Positions 40,501 through 47,482 of a stretch of 64,000 bases of DNA are shown piece by piece; the stretch's first letter is position 1; each line of letters begins with the position of its first letter. The notes beneath the pieces are model-generated. The model was not told the origin of the DNA. It worked only from the letters and a program-made list of their open reading frames with translations, and did not search any database. Source of the DNA: a virus (lineage: Duplodnaviria; Caudoviricetes); the IMG/VR virus record IMGVR_UViG_3300028591_000071; one strand, 5' to 3'. A program made the position numbers and the translations under genes.

Positions 40501-40825
40501 TAGCAGAAGTCCAATAGGTTGACTTCACTGTTGCACTTATTGCAGATGCGTAGGTGAATGCACTTACTGCAGTGTCCTTAGCCGTTGCAATGGCAGAATC
40601 AGTTGTCGCAGTATATGATTCATAACCCGTCTTTGATGCGTATTTCGCCTCGTTATATGTGTCTTCGTGGAATTTTGCTATCGACCCGTCATATTTTTCT
40701 GTCGCGAGGAATGATTTTCCTGAGCCGCTAGCATAGTTTATTGCAAGTTCACCGAATTCGAGATTCGATGCCGAAGGTGTCTTATCGACTACCGCACTTT
40801 TCTTGAGATATACTTTTTGTGCCAT
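37502..40825 (-). CDS. Long tail fibre with coiled-coil repeats, collagen segments and C-terminal intramolecular chaperone (peptidase S74)
   Basis: N-terminal VYLKKSAVVDKTPSASNLEFGELAINY (fibre-attachment motif), Ser/Thr/Ala-rich shaft, FKYKGTV..GDTYNV..WDPLAGTVDLSGY, G-X-Y repeats, SSDERLKD...GTSAQ...YEKLSVVALAAV plus terminal coiled coil. Confidence 0.85.
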   Translation of the reverse strand: MAQKVYLKKSAVVDKTPSASNLEFGELAINYASGSGKSFLATEKYDGSIAKFHEDTYNEAKYASKTGYESYTATTDSAIATAKDTAVSAFTYASAISATVKSTYWTSATTKSKIDEAKNAAVTSAYNASVASAKAYTDGLADFVKTYSSTTDSTLATLKSSATTLSGWVTDLYSKVGNYATHDEVKNASGNAITSAVSKAITSAKSYVDTNFVDKTTYTGYTAATNSSIATAQGTADAISATVRSGYWTSAETKTKIDAAVTSAYNASTAYTYGQIEALNLGQYATNAQLDTTNSNLSTLSGEVVTIKGNYATKSFVGSASGYAYTQAKSDVIGQSTDNKDANTIYGAKAYASSLTKTLSGNVVTYVDGKVATINSDISAVKTSAFTLSASVVSLSGAVNTKLSSVFKYKGTVASCSNLPNNAETGDTYNVVAASGNTPAGTNWTWSGERWDPLAGTVDLSGYVTAETYNGYTGATNSTLSDHGNKIEKLTTNSGLMQNQITQLTTNSGSLQNQVTKLSSNSGVMQNQINKLAENSGSMYTTLTGVTGNITTLQSATGDLTNKVTQLITNSGSLQNQITKLEANSGVMHNQIAKLEANSGSLQNQITKLAENSASMYTTLTGATGDITTLKSNTATMNTTLTKVNSSYVSAVTISTTGTAATIASNKLTIPVVNSNAALAFGEPKTIATIGGVNVTASLPEGGYQGPQGPKGSQGPQGPAGANGTNGTNGTDGAQGPQGPTGAQGNKGDQGPQGPKGIDATGVQGPQGPKGQNGNDATGVQGPQGPAGANGTNGANGNQGPQGPQGIRGTKVGVVSSITFVSQGELGIDPNGETYEIGDKVICIQYYSGYGTMIGALEIIGTSGTNYTAKLMAGGDCKDGAQGRQGPKGSQGPQGPKGQKGTNGTNGTNGKQGPQGPKGSDGTNATGVQGPQGPKGDQGPAAEGSSLSLTTSNSGNHYLIGCNATSTAATTLSPSNTHRAGAATGSGIYWTGLNLYASSDERLKDFYDDVEVDLDKIKTLPKKYFKWKDEEVDGSKMNIGTSAQKLRELYPELVSGEDDGTLGVCYEKLSVVALAAVDKLHEENAALKKEVEKLKSRLDKIEGQLGI
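38930..39370 (-). repeat. 14-aa (42-nt) tandem repeats with NS[G/A] core
   Basis: Eight units such as ITQLTTNSGSLQNQ / ITKLEANSGVMHNQ, arranged as two blocks of four. Confidence 0.85.
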
Positions 40826-40875
40826 ATTATAGAATATATTCTGTTATCCTTATTGAAGGTGAATTATTATCTACA

Positions 40876-40883
40876 ATAAATAG
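40876..40883 (-). promoter_or_regulatory. Putative late-promoter motif CTATTTAT for the tail fibre
   Basis: Recurrent motif 50 nt upstream of the ATG at 40825. Confidence 0.55.
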
Positions 40884-40894
40884 ATATGGGCAAC

Positions 40895-40919
40895 AAAAAA
40901 CGCGGACCGAAATCCACGT
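40895..40919 (-). terminator. Rho-independent terminator downstream of nrdG
   Basis: Minus-strand RNA ACGUGGA-UUUCGG-UCCGCGU (the G-U pair works only on this strand; UUCG-type loop) followed by U6. Confidence 0.7.
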
Positions 40920-40965
40920 ATTTTGAAAAATTATCATCTCTACAAAAAAAAACGGAAGTAACCCC

Positions 40966-41445
40966 TTACCCCCGCTTCCAAAACTTGTATGTTATGTCTT
41001 CGAACTCCAATTCCAAATCATCCCCATTAACCTTGTGGTGGACCTTGTACATCCTCTGATTCGTTGTTTCCTTGTTGAGAGGACCGAATTCTTCAATATA
41101 TGGGCCCTCCTTAAGATAGGTGAATACCGCCCCGAGTTCCGCTTCAACATCGGGCCTTCCCGAATAAAGTGCTGCCGCCAAACCCCTCTGTGCGACTATC
41201 AGGGCGAGGTCCAAAAGCCCTTCAATATCATTACCCTCACCCATAAAGCAAACACAGGTGATACCTTCATTCTTATCAATAAGGTCATTGAGTACTTCGG
41301 GAGTGAGTTCTTCGCCGACATCTTCCCTAAGCCAAGGGCTGTGACACCCTTCACAATGATTCTGACAATTACTAATGTTGATTGCAAGTGTTATTTCGTC
41401 AGGGATTTCCTCAAATGTAACAGCTGTTTCTAAATATTTTACCAT
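40966..41445 (-). CDS. nrdG: Anaerobic ribonucleotide reductase activating protein (radical SAM)
   Basis: FEEIPDEITLAINISNCQNHCEGCHSPWL (CxxxCxxC), FMGEG, GPLNKETTNQRMY. Confidence 0.93.
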   Translation of the reverse strand: MVKYLETAVTFEEIPDEITLAINISNCQNHCEGCHSPWLREDVGEELTPEVLNDLIDKNEGITCVCFMGEGNDIEGLLDLALIVAQRGLAAALYSGRPDVEAELGAVFTYLKEGPYIEEFGPLNKETTNQRMYKVHHKVNGDDLELEFEDITYKFWKRG

Positions 41446-41477
41446 ACGCCCTTAATATACTAAAAATTTCCAAATAA

Positions 41478-42329
41478 TTAAAACGGCAATAAGCCATGGT
41501 ATGGGATGTCGCAGTTCTGAAGCCTCGACCTCATGCCGTCCGCAAGAAAGTAATCTCTCACGGGAAAAGACAGACTCATCTGCGCCAAATAAATCTCATC
41601 AAACTTTTCAATGTTTTTCACATAAACCTCCTTATTCCTTTGGGCATAAGATTCCCACTTCTCTTTCAATGCCGTTGGGTCGATGAACTTAAGATGGAAT
41701 CCATACATCCTGCAACAATCGTCATAGTTCTTTATTTCCACTCCCTGTATCGGTCTTGCAAACCCATAGTGATTCCCCGGGGTCGGAGTGAATTCATCAA
41801 AGTCGTTAACCAATATCATAGTCGGCTTCATCCCGCCTACCCAATAATTTGCGAGGACCCCATCTACTGCGTGGACCAACTTATTCTTCTCGTCACATAT
41901 CCACCCGAGCCGTTTGTCCATTGAAGGCGGAAAAAGGTTGACCATGTTCTTATAGAAACAATTATATCCCCGCCATATGCGGTCTTCTGTCAGGGCTGCC
42001 TTTATGTCAACATCCCCGTTGTAAAAAAGAACCTCATCGAAATCGGTGAATGTCATCCATATCAATTCGTTACCGTTTCCCTGTCGTCTTTTGCATTCAT
42101 AAAATGCAGACCTCTGCAATTCACACTTCGCCCTGTCATCAAAAACACCACCCGTGTCCCATCTTCGTATCTCAACAAACGGATATTTGCTAAGCATCTC
42201 GACGGTATTGTCGGTACTCCCGTTATCATAAACGATAAATTTGTCATACCCAAAATTCTCAACATAAGGCATGACATAAGGAATGTATTTTCCCTCGTTA
42301 AACGTACAAGTATATCCTATTATTTCCAT
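41478..42329 (-). CDS. GT2-like glycosyltransferase
   Basis: YTCTFNE..VYDNGSTDNT..FTDFDE..PGNH..FHLKFI. Confidence 0.8.
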   Translation of the reverse strand: MEIIGYTCTFNEGKYIPYVMPYVENFGYDKFIVYDNGSTDNTVEMLSKYPFVEIRRWDTGGVFDDRAKCELQRSAFYECKRRQGNGNELIWMTFTDFDEVLFYNGDVDIKAALTEDRIWRGYNCFYKNMVNLFPPSMDKRLGWICDEKNKLVHAVDGVLANYWVGGMKPTMILVNDFDEFTPTPGNHYGFARPIQGVEIKNYDDCCRMYGFHLKFIDPTALKEKWESYAQRNKEVYVKNIEKFDEIYLAQMSLSFPVRDYFLADGMRSRLQNCDIPYHGLLPF

Positions 42330-43192
42330 TGATTGTAAAATTTGTCCTTAAAAACCAATTTTCCCCAACAGGAATCTAAACGGCCACCATATATGTCATT
42401 TATATCGATGCTCTTCCATTTCTCAGCAAGATATATCTGCATCGGATAGGACGAAGAATATATACGCCGTATGAAGTTTTCATCCAACAAGGAATACCCG
42501 TCTATCACTATGGGCCTTTTTTTATATTCTGCGTTCTTCTCAAGCCCATAATCGTGAAAATAATACTTAAAATGAAAAACAGACATCGGACACGGCAACG
42601 CATTTTTCACATTGTCGTGTTCACACAAGGCGTAATGGTTGCCCGGAACAAAATAGAGATTGGCAAAACTGTTGACGTGAAACAAAATCGGCTTCGAATA
42701 CTGATGATTGACGACGACACCGTCATACTCATGCGGGAAATTCCCGTCTGCGATGAACTTTCTCACCGTTTCTTCATCATATCCCTTTGGCAGCATCGGC
42801 TGAATCATCACGTCATAAAAACAATTGATTTCCCGTTGAGTCAAACTATTAAGATACTCCTTGAATTTTATATCATAAAAATAATATAAAACCTCATCGA
42901 AGTCGGTAAACGTCATCCAAACATCATCTCCCGTCGAATTCGCTATTTCCCTGCTTTCTACATATGCATCTATCTCAAGCCCCCTTTTCTTAACGTCGTC
43001 AAACACCCCGTTGGTATCCCATTCCCTAATTTCAACGAACGGATACTTACTGAGCATTTCCACCGTCCTGTCCGTTGACTGATTATCCCATACCACAAAC
43101 TTGTCATATCCAAGGAACTGTACATAGGGCATCACAACGTCAATTATCTTTTCAACATTAAATGTTGTCGTATAACCAATTAATTTAATCAT
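42320..43192 (-). CDS. GT2-like glycosyltransferase (paralogue of 41478-42329)
   Basis: YTTTFNV..VWDNQSTDRTVEMLSKYPFVEIREWDT..FTDFDE..PGNH..FHFKY. Confidence 0.8.
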   Translation of the reverse strand: MIKLIGYTTTFNVEKIIDVVMPYVQFLGYDKFVVWDNQSTDRTVEMLSKYPFVEIREWDTNGVFDDVKKRGLEIDAYVESREIANSTGDDVWMTFTDFDEVLYYFYDIKFKEYLNSLTQREINCFYDVMIQPMLPKGYDEETVRKFIADGNFPHEYDGVVVNHQYSKPILFHVNSFANLYFVPGNHYALCEHDNVKNALPCPMSVFHFKYYFHDYGLEKNAEYKKRPIVIDGYSLLDENFIRRIYSSSYPMQIYLAEKWKSIDINDIYGGRLDSCWGKLVFKDKFYNQWK

Positions 43193-44022
43193 ATTTTCTT
43201 CCTTATCTCATTCAAAAATTCCTTGAACCTATCCGCATCTCCAAGAATTGCCAACACCTCATCCCACTTCTTATCGTCAGCATAGTAAAGATTGAGATTG
43301 GTTGCATCAAGAATCGCGTCATTATGGCTTGTCATACCGCACCCATAAGCATAACGCTCGAACCACATTCCCGGATACTCCTCGGCAAAATACCTACTGT
43401 CAGCTTCCACGTCCTTTACCGTACCAACCATCCTGCAGTTCTTGTATTTCGGCATGTTTATCCAATAGAAAGTGCCGCTATACTCAAGGCCACTGATATT
43501 ATTTGGCATTGCGTGGCACACATTTGTCCTATATTTCGGAAATTGGGTGAGGAATGTGCCGTAGAAGACCTCCGACGCCCTCAGGTTACCGTTAAAATAA
43601 CCTTCCACCTCATTGAGAAATTCAAAATTATAGAAATACATGCCACAGACCCACCTGAAAATGGCCTCTCCGTTAACTTGTGGGTTTTTCATGTTCATCG
43701 TTCCCTTGTTATGGGCGAAAAACACATATCCGTCAAGATTTTCATAACCTTTCAATATCTCCGTCTTGAATGTCTCAACCTCATAGAGTTCAGTGTTCTT
43801 CACTATCCTGATGTTCTTTACCCCATTATGATTTAGGGATAGAATCCACTGCAATCCGTCGGCAATCGTATCCCTGTCGGACAAATCGTCAACGGATATC
43901 GTAAACCTGATTTCATCAAACACCTTTATATACTTGCTAAGGCACATAAAATGAACCTTATTTGCCATATTTTCGGAAAAATCCTTTCCGCAATATAGAT
44001 GGTATACCAATATCTTTTTCAT
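43189..44022 (-). CDS. Putative glycosyltransferase, unnamed family, paralogue 3 (start MKKILVYH at 44022)
   Basis: ILVYHLY..YEVETFK..FFAHNKG..WVCGMYFYNFE..YSGTFYW..RYFAEEYP. Confidence 0.55.
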   Translation of the reverse strand: MKKILVYHLYCGKDFSENMANKVHFMCLSKYIKVFDEIRFTISVDDLSDRDTIADGLQWILSLNHNGVKNIRIVKNTELYEVETFKTEILKGYENLDGYVFFAHNKGTMNMKNPQVNGEAIFRWVCGMYFYNFEFLNEVEGYFNGNLRASEVFYGTFLTQFPKYRTNVCHAMPNNISGLEYSGTFYWINMPKYKNCRMVGTVKDVEADSRYFAEEYPGMWFERYAYGCGMTSHNDAILDATNLNLYYADDKKWDEVLAILGDADRFKEFLNEIRKKI

Positions 44023-44088
44023 CGTAAAGAATATACAAAAATAGATTGAAAATAGCAACCCTATTGGATATATTAAAATAAAAAATCA

Positions 44089-45450
44089 GTCAGCAACCCA
44101 CGACTAAAGTTTGTGGGCTTGACAAGGAATGAACCTCGTCGTATGGGAGGCTGACAACTCCCTGCCGTCCAGGAACTTAAGCGTGCCGTCCAACGGCAAC
44201 GCATTCGGGGACGGGTGATTCGCCCTTGTGGCGATGTTGACTGCCGCGTTCCAGTCAGCGTCAAAGACGAGCCCGTCGGCACATACGTAACGGCACCCCT
44301 TGCGGAGCCCGTCCCGGTTGCCGGTCCGGCAGTCCATCTGACTGGTGTACGTTGGCGAAACCGTTTCCACGCGTTTTCCGCGCATCTGTGCCTTGTATGC
44401 CAACATGTCCCGGAATGCTCGCACCGGGACCTGCGAGAACATGTTGTTGTGGCGCTTCCGCTTGAAGCCCTCGTCGGTCTTCGCCGTCTTGGCCTTTATC
44501 TTGGACAGGTCTTCCACGACAAGCACGGAGGCGTCCGTGGAACGAAGCAGGGCGTTCGTCGCCCTGTGGAGCATGTCCATGGATAGGTTCCGTTCGCGCT
44601 TGGAGACTTTGGCGAGATGGCGCCGCGCCGACCTCGAGTTCTTTGATTTCTCCTGGAGTTTCCGCTTTAGGTGACGCACCTTTCTCCGCTCACGGAGGTA
44701 CGTCTTATCCCTGAACGCCTTGCCCTCGCTCGTGACGAAGAGCCTCTTGATGCCGAGGTCAACCCCAACGGCGTTATCGCCGGAAGTGGCGATTGTCGGC
44801 GCCTGGAACGGGATGGATAGGAACATCCTCCCGTCGCGGATGAATATCGTTGGGTCGCACGGCTCGCTGGTGGCGAGAAGTTCCACAACCTTCGGGTAAA
44901 GGACGAACGGGATTTTTACTCGTTTCCTCGCGACCTCGCTGGTGATGACAATCCCGTCGGTGTCAATGCGGGTGTAAAGCCGCTTGTCAAGCCGGAGCGA
45001 AAGCCCGCGCTTCTGCGGGACGTCGGCATTGCGGTGCTTGTTTGACCGGATAGACTTGAACGCCGGGATGACATCCTTGTAGAGGCGGATGACGCCCTGC
45101 GACGGGAGTTCCGGGTACTTTGCCCGGAGCCAGTCATAGACTTTCGAATGGACGGCCTTCATGGACAAGGGAACTTTGTTCTCCGCCAGGAACGTGGCGC
45201 AGTCGTTGTACGCTTGCGCATACAGCCCGAGCAGCCGCTCCCAGTAGGAGAAGGTTGCTTCGGTTGGCTTGAGTTCCACGTTGTAGGTTATCACATTCAT
45301 ATACTTAACATATGTTCTATATATAAATAATATATATTTTGAAAAAAGTTAAGAAATTTGTATATTTTTATTGAAAAATAATTGTTTAACAAAAGGAATT
45401 AACCGCAATTCCTCCCACGGCTGAAACCCGTGGGTTTCCTTGCGGTGATT
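44089..45450 (-). mobile_element. TnpB-only IS200/IS605-family (IS1341-like) element
   Basis: GC-richer ORF flanked by related subterminal hairpins: CCCACGACTAAAGTTTGTGGG (44097-44117, followed by a TGAC end at 44089 on the minus strand) and ACCGCAA..CCCACGG-CTGAAAC-CCGTGGG..TTGCGGT (45402-45446). No tnpA. Left boundary approximate. Confidence 0.8.
44104..45300 (-). CDS. tnpB: RNA-guided endonuclease TnpB
   Basis: RuvC-I VGVDLGIKR, RuvC-II VVEDLS, TSQMDCRTG...C (degenerate Zn finger), RuvC-III DADWNAAVNI. Confidence 0.9.
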   Translation of the reverse strand: MNVITYNVELKPTEATFSYWERLLGLYAQAYNDCATFLAENKVPLSMKAVHSKVYDWLRAKYPELPSQGVIRLYKDVIPAFKSIRSNKHRNADVPQKRGLSLRLDKRLYTRIDTDGIVITSEVARKRVKIPFVLYPKVVELLATSEPCDPTIFIRDGRMFLSIPFQAPTIATSGDNAVGVDLGIKRLFVTSEGKAFRDKTYLRERRKVRHLKRKLQEKSKNSRSARRHLAKVSKRERNLSMDMLHRATNALLRSTDASVLVVEDLSKIKAKTAKTDEGFKRKRHNNMFSQVPVRAFRDMLAYKAQMRGKRVETVSPTYTSQMDCRTGNRDGLRKGCRYVCADGLVFDADWNAAVNIATRANHPSPNALPLDGTLKFLDGRELSASHTTRFIPCQAHKL

Positions 45451-45453
45451 ATC

Positions 45454-46254
45454 ATGAACAACATAGACATATTCATCTTCTCGCAAGGAATTCCCAAGGT
45501 GTACCCGAAATCCGATGAATACAAACTTGTTTCAGTCGGGGAAATCGAGGAGCCTTGTGAAATTCAAAAGATAGATGTAGGAAAATATGACGACCCGCTC
45601 CTTAAAATGGAACACGCATACAGCGAAGGAGCCCGCATCCACGCCTTATGGAAAAACTACCCGTTGAAAAAGTATGTTGGAACCGCACATTACCGGCGTT
45701 ACTTCGACTTCTTTGATAAGGTTCCCGATATGGACACAATATTCTCGACACACGATGCAATATATCAGTCATTCGACATAGGATGGCCATCAATACGGGA
45801 TAACTATGCGGGATGCCATAACATAGACGACCTTAATCTATGTGTTGAAATCATTAAAGAAAAATGGTCGGATTACGCGGGTGCAGCAGACTATGTGATG
45901 GGAAGCAAATATTTCGTTCCGTGCAACATTTTCGTCCTCACAAGGGAGATGTTCTGCAAATGGTGCGAATTCGTATTCGGCGTTTTGGATGAATATAATG
46001 AAAGGATGGGGTTCAAAACCGACCTTGACGTGTGTAATCACGTAGTAAACAATATGGATAGATATGTGGAGGGGAAAGGTGGACCGCCAAACAACAACAC
46101 GTCGTATCAAAGCCGTATACACGCCTTCCTTATGGAGCGAATATCGTCTATCTTCTTCAAACAGAACATAAAGAATCCGTATTACAGCAACATTCTGCTT
46201 ACGGAAACGCATTTTGACTTCGAAAAAACCTATTTTTACCAATATGAGAAATAA
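45454..46254 (+). CDS. DUF4422-like glycosyltransferase (start MNNIDIF at 45454)
   Basis: YSEGARIHALWKN..VGTAHYRRYF..CNIFV..WCEFVFGVL..RIHAFLMER; paralogous to the C-terminal domain of the 1298-aa protein. Confidence 0.8.
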   Translation: MNNIDIFIFSQGIPKVYPKSDEYKLVSVGEIEEPCEIQKIDVGKYDDPLLKMEHAYSEGARIHALWKNYPLKKYVGTAHYRRYFDFFDKVPDMDTIFSTHDAIYQSFDIGWPSIRDNYAGCHNIDDLNLCVEIIKEKWSDYAGAADYVMGSKYFVPCNIFVLTREMFCKWCEFVFGVLDEYNERMGFKTDLDVCNHVVNNMDRYVEGKGGPPNNNTSYQSRIHAFLMERISSIFFKQNIKNPYYSNILLTETHFDFEKTYFYQYEK

Positions 46255-47479
46255 AATTACGGCAATAATAGTAGATAAAGATTATAACTATCACGATTAC
46301 AGCGGAGTAAAATACGACGACGGCAATAAGTGGTCAGAAAACACATTTGACCTTACGATTTGCGACACCGGCGTTGGAATTGCAAAGAAATTGTATGAAA
46401 AACGAGGCTTTGACTCCATAATCACAATTGGCGATACATCATTGTGGGGAGACCTACAATATATGCCATTCTTCGTCAGGAAGAAATGGGTTCACCTTGA
46501 CGAATTCAATGCAAACAACATCGTTTCGTCGATTATCGCCACTTTTAAACGGAATACGGTTAAGCGGGATGATGAACCGACACTTTTCTCGTTCTTTACC
46601 TGTACGTACAACACGGGATATGATAAATTCAAACGTCTTTATGACTCAATGTGCCGTCAAACATACCCCGAATGGGATTGGTTCATAATCGATGACAGTC
46701 CTAATGACGAAACGATAAAAATGATTGAATCGTTCAAGGACTTAAGGATAACTATCATAAAAAACGTGTCAATCCACGGAAGCATCGGGTTCAACAAACA
46801 CGTTGCGGCAATGGCTTGCGACGGAGATTATCTATTGGAAGTTGACCACGATGATGAACTGACTCCCGACTGCCTTTCAACGATACTTGCGGCAAGGGAA
46901 AAGTTTCCTAACAGCGATTTCTTCTATTCAAACTGTCTTGAACTGAAACATCCTGACGAAGTGGCGATTATGTATGGCGAAGGATGGGGTTGGGGCGAAG
47001 GCCTCACAAAAACGGAGGTCGTAAACGGCAGAGAATTCACATTTTCGGAGTCTCCGGGAATAAATCCGTTCTCAATCAGGACAATTTATGCACAACCGAA
47101 CCATATAAGGGCTTGGAAAAGGGATTTTTATCACAAAATACAGGGGCATAACCCTAATTACTCTGTCCTCGATGACCAAGAATTATTAATAAGGACGTTC
47201 CTTAACGGGGAAATGACGAAAATCGACAAGGTTCTATATATACAACACGAGGGCGACGGCGAACGCGGGGTAAGCAAAGACAATACCCAATCCGTCAGGT
47301 TCGGCGAAATACAAAGAACAACAATCCTGCTTAAGGAATTGTATGACCTTCCTATACATAACAGAATCCTTGAACTCGGGTTCAATGATATTGCTTGGGA
47401 TTACAGTCGCGGATATTCGACATTATGGAAGCCGCACACTCCCGGACAGGAAATGATGAATAACTTTTATACACCTTAA
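46244..47479 (+). CDS. GT2 family glycosyltransferase (start MRNKIT at 46244)
   Basis: FTCTYNT..QTYPEWDWFIIDDSP..LEVDHDDELT..DDQELLIRT. Confidence 0.85.
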   Translation: MRNKITAIIVDKDYNYHDYSGVKYDDGNKWSENTFDLTICDTGVGIAKKLYEKRGFDSIITIGDTSLWGDLQYMPFFVRKKWVHLDEFNANNIVSSIIATFKRNTVKRDDEPTLFSFFTCTYNTGYDKFKRLYDSMCRQTYPEWDWFIIDDSPNDETIKMIESFKDLRITIIKNVSIHGSIGFNKHVAAMACDGDYLLEVDHDDELTPDCLSTILAAREKFPNSDFFYSNCLELKHPDEVAIMYGEGWGWGEGLTKTEVVNGREFTFSESPGINPFSIRTIYAQPNHIRAWKRDFYHKIQGHNPNYSVLDDQELLIRTFLNGEMTKIDKVLYIQHEGDGERGVSKDNTQSVRFGEIQRTTILLKELYDLPIHNRILELGFNDIAWDYSRGYSTLWKPHTPGQEMMNNFYTP

Positions 47480-47482
47480 TAA

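Noticed and set aside
44104-45300. TnpB as a Cas12f/CRISPR effector or catalytically dead TldR
   Set aside because: No adjacent CRISPR array; IS-type end hairpins are present and all three RuvC acidic residues are retained.
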